Below are positions 43,921 through 53,184 of a DNA stretch of 64,000 nt, piece by piece. Source of the stretch: an uncultured Phycisphaerae bacterium (lineage in GTDB: Bacteria; Planctomycetota; Phycisphaerae; SM23-33); the NCBI GenBank assembly GCA_963760365.1, contig CAVXDC010000008.1, positions 83,054 to 147,053 on the forward strand. Reading direction: 5' to 3'. Positions within the stretch are counted from its first letter, which is position 1. Each line of letters starts with the position of its first letter. The notes beneath the pieces were generated by a model. The model was not told the DNA's origin and did not search any database. It saw nothing but the letters and a program-made list of their open reading frames with translations. The translations under genes and the position numbers were made by a program.

Positions 43921-45851
43921 ATGGCTGACCGACAGGTCCGCGTGACATTTCAGCCCAGCGGCCGGGTGGTCTGCGTGCTGGTCGGCACGAAGGTTACCGA
44001 GGCCGCCGGCCAGGCCGGGCTGACCCTCCAGACCCCTTGCGGCGGAGGCGGCGTCTGCGGCAAGTGCCGCATCCAGGTCCTCGAGGGCGCCGGCCCGCCC
44101 GGACCGGCCGAGCAAGAGATGTTCAAGCCCGAGCAGATCCAGGAAGGGTGGCGCCTGGCCTGCCAGACGGCCCTGAGCGGCCAGGCCGTCATCGCCATCC
44201 CACACACGTCGCTGTTCGCCGACGGCCAGCAGATCCTCACCGAATCGAGGGCCGCCACGGAGGTTTTTCCGGCCGTCCGCAAGGTCTTCGTCCACCTGCC
44301 CGCCCCCAGTCTGGCCGACAGCGACGCCGACCTGGTTCGCCTGGAGAAACAGCTCGGGCCGCTGAAGGTGGACAAGCCCATGCTGGCGGAGCTGCCCTCC
44401 CGGCTCCGCGCCAGCGGCTTTGCCGGCACGGCGGTGCTGACCGACCACCGTCTGATCGACTTTGAGGCCGGGGACACGACCGCGCACTGTTACGGCGTGG
44501 CGGTAGATTTGGGCACGACCACGCTGGCGTCGGCCTTGCTGGACCTGCGGAGCGGAGAGGAACTGGCCATCGCCTCGGCCGTCAATCCCCAGACCACCTA
44601 CGGCGACGACGTGCTGGCCCGCATCAAGCACGCCGCCAGCCCCGGCGGACTGGAGCGCCTCCGCCAGGCCGTCGCGGGCGCGGTCGATGCGATGATCGAG
44701 CAGATGAGCGTCGAGGCCGCCGCCGCGCGAAGGTACATCTACGAGGTCGCCCTAGCCGGCAACACCACGATGCAGCACCTGCTGTGCGGCGTGGACCCGG
44801 GGGGCCTGGGGCAGATCCCGTTTGCCCCGGCCTTTGGGTGCGGGCTGATGCTGTCGGGACGCGAGCTGGGCCTGACGATCCACCCGCGCGGTTCGGCGTA
44901 CGTGTTTCCCTCCATCGGCGGCTTCGTCGGAGGCGACACGGTCGCGGGCATCCTCTCCACCCGCCTGGCGGAACACCCCGGCCCGGTGCTGATGGTGGAC
45001 ATCGGCACCAACGGGGAGATCGTGCTCGCGCACGACGGGCGGATCGAGGCCGCCTCCACCGCCGCCGGCCCGGCCTTTGAGGGCGCCAGGATCTCCTGCG
45101 GCATGAGGGCGACCAACGGGGCGATCGAAAAGATTGTCTTCAACGGCGACGTGCACTGCGGGGCCATCGGCGACTCCCCAGCCGCGGGCCTGTGCGGCAG
45201 CGGCTTGATCGACCTGCTGGCCGAACTGCTGACCGCGGGCATCGTCACGCCGGCGGGCCGGCTGCTGCCCCCGGCCGAGCGCCCCACGGCCTGCCGACGA
45301 CGCTCACCGAACGCCTCCGCCGCGAGGGCGACGGGGGGGTGACTTTCCTCCTGGCCTCGGCGCGGAGCACCGGCGGCTGCCCGCCGATTGCCTTGACGGA
45401 GGGGGACGTCCGACAGCTCCAGTTGGCCACGGCCGCCATCCGCGCGGGGGTCTCCATCCTGCTCGACCGGGCGGGCGTGAAGGTCGGTGACCTTCAGGCC
45501 GTCTTCGTGGCCGGGGGGTTCGGCAGCTTCATTCGCCGCTCCAGCGCCCAGCGGATTGGGTTGCTGCCCAGCGGCCTGGACCACCGCCGCATCCACTACG
45601 TCGGCAACGCCTCGCTGGCCGGGGCCAAGTGGGCCCTGCTGTCCACACGATTGCGCCAACAGGCCGAAGACCTGGGCCATCGCGTGCAGCACGTGGAGCT
45701 CAGCACGGACGAAAAGTTCCAGGACCGATTCGCCGCGTCGATGACCTTCCCCTCTCCCCCCGCCTTAAGGCACTCTTCGTTTCGGGTGAGTCCGATCCAT
45801 CACTCCGCCGTTCGGACGGTCATGTTGTTTCGGTGGATGACCTCATCGTAG
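43921..45851 (+). pseudogene. 2Fe-2S ferredoxin fused to an ASKHA/DUF4445 ATPase (RACo-type reductive activase family), frame broken at the C run 45282-45285
   Basis: The N-terminal plant-type ferredoxin (CGGGGVCGKCR...LAC) and ASKHA core (VDLGTTT, VDIGTNGE) are in ORF 43882..45342. The C-terminal roughly 190 aa (FLLASA..LTEGDVRQLQLATAAIRAG..FVAGGFGSF) are in ORF 45192..45851. The 3' end overlaps proB by 52 nt, so the true stop is uncertain. Confidence 0.6.
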
Positions 45852-46924
45852 GGCTTTTCGCCCAATTCCTCGGCGATGGCGGAGGTCTTCAGGCCTTTGA
45901 TTTTGTCGATTTCCTCGGCGGAGTAGTTGGTCAAGCCGCGGGCGATCTCTTTACCCGCTGAATCCAGGACCGCGACCGTATCGCCGCGCTCGAACTGGCC
46001 CGCCACGGCCGTGATGCCCGAGGGCAGCAGGCTCTTGCCCCCCGCCAGCAGCGCCCGGGCGGCGCCGGCGTCCACGACGATTTTGCCGGCGGGCCTGGCC
46101 GCCTGGCCGATCCACCGCCGGCGGCTGCTGAGCCGGCGCTTGGCCGGGACGAAGACCGTGCCCAGCTTCTCCCCGGCCAGCAACCGCTCCAGCACGGCCG
46201 GCGTGGCGGCGTTGGCGATGACGGCCACCTCCCCGGCCCGCGTCACCATGGCCGCGGCGGTGAGCTTGCTGCCCATGCCGCCTGAGCCCAGGGTGCTGCG
46301 ATCGCCGCGAACCAGCGCCATGGTCTGGTCGTCCACGTCGGCGATCACGTCCAGGATCGCGCCCTCCTTCATCACGCCGTCCACGGTGGTCAGAAACACT
46401 AAAAGCTCCGCCCCCAGCATGGTCGTGACCAGCGCCGCCAGCACGTCGTTCTCCCCGAAGCGGATCTCCTCCACCGCGACGGTGTCGTTCTCGTTGATGA
46501 TGGGCAAGGCGCCGAACTCCTCCAGCGCCGCCAGCGTGTTGCGGATGTTCAGGTAGCGGCTGCGGTCCTCGAAGTCGTCCCGCGTGAGCAGCACCTGGGC
46601 CACCTTCACGCCGTAGCGGGCGAACACGTCGTGGAAGGCCTGCATCAGCCGGCCTTGACCCACGGCGGCGGCGGCCTGGAGCTGCGGCATCGTCTTGGGG
46701 CGGGACGCCAGGCTCAGCTCGCCCATCCCCGAGCCGATGGCCCCGCTGGACACCAGCGATACCTTCCGGCCGGACTTCATCAGGGCGGCGATCTGCGAGG
46801 CCAGGCGGTCCACGGACGATAGGTCCAGCCGGCCGCCGTCGTCGCACAGGACGTTCGTACCGACCTTCACCACGATCCGCCGGCAGCGGGCGATGACCTC
46901 TTTTCTCAACGCACTTGCGGGCAT
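45800..46924 (-). CDS. proB: Glutamate 5-kinase (with PUA domain)
   Basis: Intact 374 aa. IVVKVGTNVL, SSGAIG.G and a C-terminal PUA-like segment. Confidence 0.92.
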   Translation of the reverse strand: MPASALRKEVIARCRRIVVKVGTNVLCDDGGRLDLSSVDRLASQIAALMKSGRKVSLVSSGAIGSGMGELSLASRPKTMPQLQAAAAVGQGRLMQAFHDVFARYGVKVAQVLLTRDDFEDRSRYLNIRNTLAALEEFGALPIINENDTVAVEEIRFGENDVLAALVTTMLGAELLVFLTTVDGVMKEGAILDVIADVDDQTMALVRGDRSTLGSGGMGSKLTAAAMVTRAGEVAVIANAATPAVLERLLAGEKLGTVFVPAKRRLSSRRRWIGQAARPAGKIVVDAGAARALLAGGKSLLPSGITAVAGQFERGDTVAVLDSAGKEIARGLTNYSAEEIDKIKGLKTSAIAEELGEKPYDEVIHRNNMTVRTAE

Positions 46925-46967
46925 TTCACCCTCATTTCCTCACCGTGCCGCACGCGGCGGCAGGGCG

Positions 46968-48323
46968 TTACGTCTGACGTTGCCGGACCGGTTCGCCTTC
47001 GATGGCGTCGGTGGCGATGTCGCCGGTCCGGACCGCCGGCACGCGGTTCAGGACGCGGCAGATCATCTCCACGTTGCGGGCCGTCGCGCCCTGCTGGCTG
47101 CGGACGTAGGCCTGCGCCTCCTGCCCGGCCGATTGGGCGGTGGCGGGATTCGACAGCCACGCTTCCAGCACGCTTGCCAGCTCGGAAGCGTCAGCCACCC
47201 GCCGACAGCCGTGGCGGGCCAGGTCGTCGGCCTGGGGGAAGTTGAACGTGTGCGGGCCAAAGGCCGTGGGCTTGCCCAAGGCGGCCGCCTCGATCATGTC
47301 CGAGCCGCCCATCGGGACAAGGCTTCGCCCGACGAACACCGCCGCGGCCAGGGCGTAGAACTTCCGCAGCTCGCCCATCGTGTCGCCCAGGATCACAGCC
47401 CCAGGCTGCGTCGGCCCGACTGTCCCGTCCGGGCGGCGGCTGCGGCGGACCAGCGGCAGGCCCGCGGCCTCGATGAGCCTGGCCACCTCGTCAAACCGCT
47501 CTGGCTTGCGCGGCACGATGGCCAAGCAAGCCTCCGGACAGCGGGGCTTCAGGCGAGCGTAGAGGTCCAGCAAAACCTGCTCCTCGCCCGGCCCCGTGCC
47601 TCCGGCCACGATGAGCTTGTCGGCGGAACCCACACCCACCGCCGCGGCCAGCGCCTCTTGGCCGGGCAGGCGGTCAGCGACCTCCACCGTGTCGAACTTC
47701 ATCATGCCCGTCACGTGGACCTTGGCCGGATCGGCGCCCAGCGAGATAAACCTCTCGGCATACACCTCATCCTGCACGCCGATGGCCGTCAGGCGGTTGA
47801 ACAATCGGCCGGCCAGCGGCCCCAGCAGCCGGTAGCGCGCGTAGCCCTTGTCGGGGCTGAGCCGGCCGTTGACCACCACCACCGGAACGGATCGGCGATT
47901 GCAGGCGGCTAGGAAGTTGGGCCAAATCTCCCCCTCCATCAGCACCACCATCGCCGGGCGCAGCCGGTTCATCGCCCTGGTCACGGACAGGGAGAAGTCC
48001 ATCGGCCAGCGGAAGACCACGTGGTCGGGGGCGAACAGCCGCCGGGCGGCGGCCATGCCGGTGTCGGTCGTCGAGCTGACGGCCACGCGGAAATCAGGGA
48101 GCTGGCTGTGCAACTGGGCCACCAGCATCCGGGCGGCGTTGACCTCCCCCAGGCTCACCCCGTGCACCCAGATCACCGGCTGAAGACCGTAGCGGACCGG
48201 CGCCGCCCCCAACCGCTGACCGACGTCCGTGCGGTACCGGCCGTGGCGGACCATCCGGTACAGCCACAGCGGACTGCTGGCCACCAGCGCCAGCGCGTAG
48301 CCTATATCCAGCAGGATTCCCAT
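46968..48323 (-). CDS. waaA: 3-deoxy-D-manno-octulosonic acid (Kdo) transferase
   Basis: WVHGVSLGEVNAA..L, SSTTDTG and later GT30 blocks. ATG 48323 chosen over the TTG at 48362. Confidence 0.85.
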   Translation of the reverse strand: MGILLDIGYALALVASSPLWLYRMVRHGRYRTDVGQRLGAAPVRYGLQPVIWVHGVSLGEVNAARMLVAQLHSQLPDFRVAVSSTTDTGMAAARRLFAPDHVVFRWPMDFSLSVTRAMNRLRPAMVVLMEGEIWPNFLAACNRRSVPVVVVNGRLSPDKGYARYRLLGPLAGRLFNRLTAIGVQDEVYAERFISLGADPAKVHVTGMMKFDTVEVADRLPGQEALAAAVGVGSADKLIVAGGTGPGEEQVLLDLYARLKPRCPEACLAIVPRKPERFDEVARLIEAAGLPLVRRSRRPDGTVGPTQPGAVILGDTMGELRKFYALAAAVFVGRSLVPMGGSDMIEAAALGKPTAFGPHTFNFPQADDLARHGCRRVADASELASVLEAWLSNPATAQSAGQEAQAYVRSQQGATARNVEMICRVLNRVPAVRTGDIATDAIEGEPVRQRQT

Positions 48324-48407
48324 CGTCCCGGCTAGTATGGTTCCCCCCTCCAGCAGTGTCAATCACGGCAGGAAACCCCAACCGCCCACCCCCGGACAGA
48401 TCGGCAC

Positions 48408-48436
48408 ATAAAAACGCCGCCTTTTCAGGCGGCGTT
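48408..48436 (-). terminator. Rho-independent terminator downstream of cspA
   Basis: 9-bp stem aacgccgcc/ggcggcgtt (48413-48421 with 48428-48436) with a 6-nt loop. On the minus strand it is followed by a TTTTTAT run. It lies 25 nt after the cspA stop. Confidence 0.75.
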
Positions 48437-48460
48437 TGTTTTCCGGTTTCGTGGTAGGCA

Positions 48461-48661
48461 TCAGACCTTACGGACATTGACGGCCTTGGCGCCCTTGGGG
48501 CCTTGGGTTACTTCAAACTCCACGCTGTCGCCTTCGGCCAGCGTCTTGAAGCCATCTCCGTGGATGTCGCTATAGTGGACGAAGGCGTCCGTCCCATCCT
48601 CGGATGTGATAAACCCATAACCCTTGGCATCATTGAACCACTTCACCTTACCGGTAGCCAT
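48461..48661 (-). CDS. cspA: Cold-shock protein (CspA family)
   Basis: [18 protein letters not shown]...DAFVHYS.I...GFKTL.EG..VEF. RNP1 and RNP2 motifs present. 66 aa. Confidence 0.95.
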   Translation of the reverse strand: MATGKVKWFNDAKGYGFITSEDGTDAFVHYSDIHGDGFKTLAEGDSVEFEVTQGPKGAKAVNVRKV

Positions 48662-48954
48662 GCTGCGGCTCCTTCTTTGAAATCGGCCCCATGGGATTAG
48701 CGAGCGATACGAGCCAGGCCAACGGCCCCTCTTGAGACTCCCACGATGATCGCGCAGCTCTCAGAGATGAAACCTGGTGTATCCTGCAACGGAGCCCCTA
48801 GCCGACGGGGCTCCGCCGACGGGCTGGAAACGCTTCCACAAATACCCGTCGGCCCTGCAAACAATACTATCCTGACATCGGCCTAAAAAGATGTCAACAT
48901 AATTCCTGATATTTTCAATTGTTGAAAACACTTCGCAGTGCGACACCCCCCCGT

Positions 48955-49902
48955 TCACCGGCCGCCCAGCAACCCGGCCAAGGACCGCTCGACGGTCCGG
49001 GGCGAGATATCCTCTACCTCCCCGGCCTCGACGGCCTCCACCCGCCGGCCCAGGGGGGTAAAATGCCTCACCGACACCGACGAGGTTATCACGACCGTCG
49101 CGGTCCCCACCGCCGAGGCCAGGTGGGCCGGGCCGGAGTCGTTGCCCACGAACCCCCCCGCGCCCCCCAGCACCCCGGTCAGGGTCGGTAAGTCCATCGG
49201 CGGCAACAGTACGGACGCCCCGGCCAAGGCTTTGACCTGCTCGGCTTTCCACCGCTCCTGCTCCGCCGGCCCGAGGATGGAGACCACAGTCAGTCCATTT
49301 TTGCCTCCAAGCAAACCGGCAAGGTCGATGAAACGCTCCACCGGCCAGCACTTCGCCTCAGCCCCGGCACCTGGATGGAGCACCACATACTGCTCGGACG
49401 GATTAACACCCGCCTCCGTAAGCACCCGGGCGGCGGCCCGTCGCCACTCCGGCGGCACCGGCCAAGGCGGCGCCTTCCGCATCAGGACGGGCAATCCCAT
49501 GAGTTCCACCCAAAGGTCCACCAGGTGTCCGGGGAAGTTGTTCGGCGGACGGACGGGTAGAAAATAGGCCGACTGCGCCCCGCACATCTCCGTCAGGGCA
49601 GCCTCGGCCTGGGCGTTGCCGGCGGCAAAGCAACTGACCAGCCGCCCGTGCCGCCCCAGCAGGCCGGGCAATAGATACTGCTCCATCGGCCGGGGGGGAA
49701 TGACAAAAACCTCGTGCATGGGCAGGGCATCAAAATCCAGCGCCCGGCGGGCAATCCCAAGGCCGGCGAGCAGCCGCGCCTTTTCGCCTCCGGCCACCAG
49801 CATGACGTCGGCGTCCACGGCCTGGAGCAGGTGCCCAAAGAGGATCACGTCCCCCAATGCCCCCGGATGGACGGCCAGGACCGACCCGCCGCCTCTCAGC
49901 AC
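48955..49902 (-). CDS. GT9 glycosyltransferase (LPS heptosyltransferase family)
   Basis: HPGALGDV, HPGAGAEAKCWP and VGNDSGPAHLA motifs. GTG start at 49902 overlaps the upstream stop (GTGCTGA). The first 96 codons of ORF 48955..50190 are judged non-coding. Confidence 0.75.
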   Translation of the reverse strand: MLRGGGSVLAVHPGALGDVILFGHLLQAVDADVMLVAGGEKARLLAGLGIARRALDFDALPMHEVFVIPPRPMEQYLLPGLLGRHGRLVSCFAAGNAQAEAALTEMCGAQSAYFLPVRPPNNFPGHLVDLWVELMGLPVLMRKAPPWPVPPEWRRAAARVLTEAGVNPSEQYVVLHPGAGAEAKCWPVERFIDLAGLLGGKNGLTVVSILGPAEQERWKAEQVKALAGASVLLPPMDLPTLTGVLGGAGGFVGNDSGPAHLASAVGTATVVITSSVSVRHFTPLGRRVEAVEAGEVEDISPRTVERSLAGLLGGR

Positions 49903-50582
49903 CGGGCCAGCACCTTGTGCGCCAAAAGCCTGCGACGCCGGTCCGTCTCGCCGTCCCGACCGGGGCGCTTGAGGTAGCGCTCCAGGACCGGTGCGGCGTA
50001 CAGCAGCTCGTGGAAGGCGTCGCGGACGTCCATCTCGCTCAGGGCCAGCAACGTGTAGTAGAAGGGAAATCCCTGCCACTTTCCGTTTCCGTCGCGACGG
50101 GCCTTGAGGGTCTTTGTCGCGGCCTGGAGCTGCTCGGTCTGGTCGGCCAGGCCGCCGACGGTCAGGTGGCGCCAGTAGGCGCACGAGCATTTGGCGCAGC
50201 AGTACCGGCCATCCACCCGCCGCGAGAGCGGACCCAGGCGTTTCAGCATGCCGGCCGTGGCCTTGGCCAAGGCGTCCTTGGCCTTGGGTGTGGGGCAGCC
50301 CAGCAGGATCAGCGCCCGGCAGGATTCCTCGCCGAGGATGTGGGAGGAGCCGGCCCGCGTGGCGATCCGCTCGCCGGTGAACAGCGTCAGGCCCTGGGCA
50401 AAGTCCCGCTCGGTGGGAGCGAACATGCCGGCGTAGCTGCCCTTCAGGCCTTGGCGGTCGGCGATCCAGTCGGCCGCCTGGCGACGTTCCCCCGCAGAAA
50501 GCTGCCGCCCGAAGAAGAACGCCTCGTTCACGGCGTCAACGGTGGCGGCCAGACTGCCGGTATGGACAAGACTCACGGTCAA
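49896..50582 (-). CDS. Hypothetical protein
   Basis: 228-aa ORF with typical codon usage. It is coupled to the GT9 gene. No family recognised. Confidence 0.5.
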   Translation of the reverse strand: MTVSLVHTGSLAATVDAVNEAFFFGRQLSAGERRQAADWIADRQGLKGSYAGMFAPTERDFAQGLTLFTGERIATRAGSSHILGEESCRALILLGCPTPKAKDALAKATAGMLKRLGPLSRRVDGRYCCAKCSCAYWRHLTVGGLADQTEQLQAATKTLKARRDGNGKWQGFPFYYTLLALSEMDVRDAFHELLYAAPVLERYLKRPGRDGETDRRRRLLAHKVLARC

Positions 50583-50608
50583 CCTCCTTTCCGGTTGCGT
50601 GGAAACGG

Positions 50609-51756
50609 TTATTTTACTCTGATTTTTCTGCCGCCAAAGTCTAAATCCGGCAGGGAAGCTTCAATCCACCCGCCGCCCAGCAGCACGTCGCCGTCGTACA
50701 CCACCGCCGCCTGGCCCGGTGTGACGGCGGAGACGGGCTGGTCAAAGTCCACCTCAAAGCCGTCAGGGCCGGTGCACCGCACGGTCGCCCCGGCGCCGCG
50801 GTGGTTGTAGCGGATCTGGACGGTCGCGTGGAAACTTTTGCTCACTTCCACCGGCTGCTGCCAGTAGACTCCCGAGGCCGACAGGCGGCGGCAAAGCAGT
50901 TCCTCCCGCGGGCCGAGGACGACGCGGGCCGAATCCGGCTGGATGGCGGTCACGTACAGGGGCACCCCCCCGGCCACACCCAGGCCGCGGCGCTGGCCGA
51001 TGGTGAAGCGGCCGAACCCCTCGTGGCGGCCCAGCACCCCTCCGGTGGCGTTGACAATCTCACCCGGTCGAAGGGCCTGGGGGGCGCGGGCGGCCAGGAT
51101 CGCCGTGTAGTCGTCGCCGTCGGCGAAGCAGATCTCCTGGCTGTCGGGCTTGTCATGGACCACCAGGCCCAAATCTCGGGCCACGCGGCGGACGGCTGCT
51201 TTGTCGTCCACCTCGCCGATGGGCAGGAGGAGCCTGTCCAGCCAGTCGGCTGGGAGGGCAAAGAGGGCGTAGGACTGGTCCTTGCCCGCCGCCCTCCCCG
51301 CGCGAGGGCGGGCAGGCCGGCCAGGGCGATCCTCCGGGCGTGGTGGCCCGTGGCGACGTACCGGGCGCCCAGCGCGTCGGCTAGTTTTATCAGCCGGGCG
51401 AGCTTGACCTCGACGTTGCAGCGGATGCAGGGATTGGGCGTCCGCCCGCGGGCGTACTCGGCGGCGAACGCCTCGATAATCCGCTCGAATGGCTCACCGG
51501 CCTGAAGCACGTGCAGGTCGATGCCCAGCACCTGGGCCACCCGCCGGGCGTCGGCGGCGTCGGTGGGCGAGCAGCACCCGCTGGACTCAAGCTGGCCCCC
51601 ACCGGCCCGGCCCAGGCACAGGAACACGCCGATCACCTCCGCCCCCCGCTGCTTCAGCATCGCCGCGGCCACGGAGGAGTCCACCCCGCCGCTCATGGCC
51701 GCGATGACCTTTTGGCCTTTTAAGTCCATCAAGTCCATTAAGTCCATGGCCGCCAT
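50609..51756 (-). pseudogene. mnmA: tRNA 2-thiouridine(34) synthase MnmA, frame broken once at the C run 51296-51299
   Basis: The N-terminal PP-loop (AAMSGGVDSSVAA) and GRTPNPCIRCN are in ORF 50950..51786. KDQSYALFAL...PIGEV.K..VR..A...GL...K.DSQEICF is in ORF 50609..51211. ATG 51756 is preceded by GGAGGAGGG. Confidence 0.85.
51721..51747 (-). repeat. 3 x 9-bp tandem repeat (ATGGACTTR) encoding MDL-MDL-MDL at the MnmA N-terminus
   Basis: Plus strand reads taagtccat caagtccat taagtccat. Confidence 0.85.
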
Positions 51757-51948
51757 TGTAACCCTCCTCCGGTCCGAAATTGACAAATCGCTTCCCTTCG
51801 CTTCTACTTCACCGACTTCTCAAGGAGACAAGTCATCACTACCGGTGAGTCCACCGAGAAAATCCGTTGCCCGCGATGCCGCCTGTCCCTTCTCCCCGAC
51901 ACGGAGTTCTGCCAGCACTGCGGCGCCAAGGTCGGTGAGCATCGCCGC

Positions 51949-52557
51949 GTGCCCTGGTGGCACCTGCATCGGCGGCTGTACGACTGGACGCTGGCCTGGG
52001 CGTATCGCCCCTCGGCCGCGGTGGCGCTGGCTGCGGTGGCTTTTGCCGAGAGCAGTTTCTTTCCCGTCCCTCCCGACCTGCTGCTAATCCCCATGGCCCT
52101 GAGCAACCGCCGCAGGTGGTTCCACTACGCCCTGCTGTGCTCGATCGCCAGTGTGATAGGCGGAATGTTCGGCTACCTTATCGGCTATACAATCTGGTCC
52201 CACATTGATCAGACCATCTTCCGGTGGTTCGGTTGGTTAGGTTTCACCCCGACGAACTTCGAGTTGGTCCAAAAGAAGTACGACGAGAATGCCTTTCTTG
52301 CAGTGTTCGGGGCAGCGTTTACCCCCATCCCCTACAAGGTTTTCACTGTCTTCGGAGGAGTGTTCAAGATCAGCTTCCTAACCCTTGTGATTGCTTCGGC
52401 CATGGGACGATCCATGCGATTCTTCCTGGTGGCTGGGCTATGCGCCAAGCTGGGCTACAAGGTGCTTCCGTTCATCGAGAAATACTTCGGACTACTGACG
52501 CTGGCCTTCCTAGCGATGCTGATTGGGGGATTTCTGGTGATCAAATATCTCCTGTAG
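51949..52557 (+). CDS. yqaA: YqaA/DedA-superfamily (SNARE-associated) membrane protein
   Basis: AFAESSFFPVPPDLLLIPM...FTPIPYKVFT pattern. 202 aa from GTG 51949. The frame stays open upstream to 51784 and encodes a zinc ribbon with no canonical start codon (see findings). Confidence 0.75.
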   Translation: MPWWHLHRRLYDWTLAWAYRPSAAVALAAVAFAESSFFPVPPDLLLIPMALSNRRRWFHYALLCSIASVIGGMFGYLIGYTIWSHIDQTIFRWFGWLGFTPTNFELVQKKYDENAFLAVFGAAFTPIPYKVFTVFGGVFKISFLTLVIASAMGRSMRFFLVAGLCAKLGYKVLPFIEKYFGLLTLAFLAMLIGGFLVIKYLL

Positions 52558-52606
52558 CTTTGGGCCGCGGGGGGCGGCGCGTTAGAATCCCCCTTCAAGG
52601 TTCGAC

Positions 52607-53155
52607 ATGCCTATTTCTCCCGAACATCGCGCGCGGTTAGTGTCTTTGGCCCGGGCCGCCGTGGCCGCGACGGTCAAGGGCCAACCGCTGCCCAAGGTAG
52701 AGAAAGCTGAAGGCGTACTCACCGAACTTCGCGGCTGCTTCGTCACGCTGACCAACCGCGGAAGGCTTCGGGGGTGCATCGGCACGTTTCATCCCGACCT
52801 CCCCCTGGCGGAGATGATCGTGCAGATGGGCACCGCGGCCGCCCAGGACGGGCGATTCGTGTTCAACCCTGTCACGCCGGCGGAGCTAGAGAAGCTGACG
52901 GTGGAGGTCTCGGTCCTCTCGCCGCTCCAAGAGACGACCGAACCGGAGAAACTCCAGATCGGCCACCACGGCATCTTCGTCGTCCGCGGGCGGCGGTCCG
53001 GCTGCTTCCTGCCCGAAGTGGCTATGGACCAAGGCTGGGACGCGGCGGAGTTCCTCAGCCAGTGCTGCGCGGGCAAGGCCGGCCTGGAGGCCGATGCCTG
53101 GCGCCTGCCCGGCACGAAGGTTTTTCTGTTCACCTCCGAGAAGTTCGATCACTGA
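52607..53155 (+). CDS. AMMECR1-domain protein (AmmeMemoRadiSam system protein A family)
   Basis: GCFVTL...G.LRGCIGT and G.HG....RG.RSG.FLP.V motifs. 182 aa. Confidence 0.8.
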   Translation: MPISPEHRARLVSLARAAVAATVKGQPLPKVEKAEGVLTELRGCFVTLTNRGRLRGCIGTFHPDLPLAEMIVQMGTAAAQDGRFVFNPVTPAELEKLTVEVSVLSPLQETTEPEKLQIGHHGIFVVRGRRSGCFLPEVAMDQGWDAAEFLSQCCAGKAGLEADAWRLPGTKVFLFTSEKFDH

Positions 53156-53184
53156 CGGGCGCGGCGCCGGATGCGTTTTATCTC

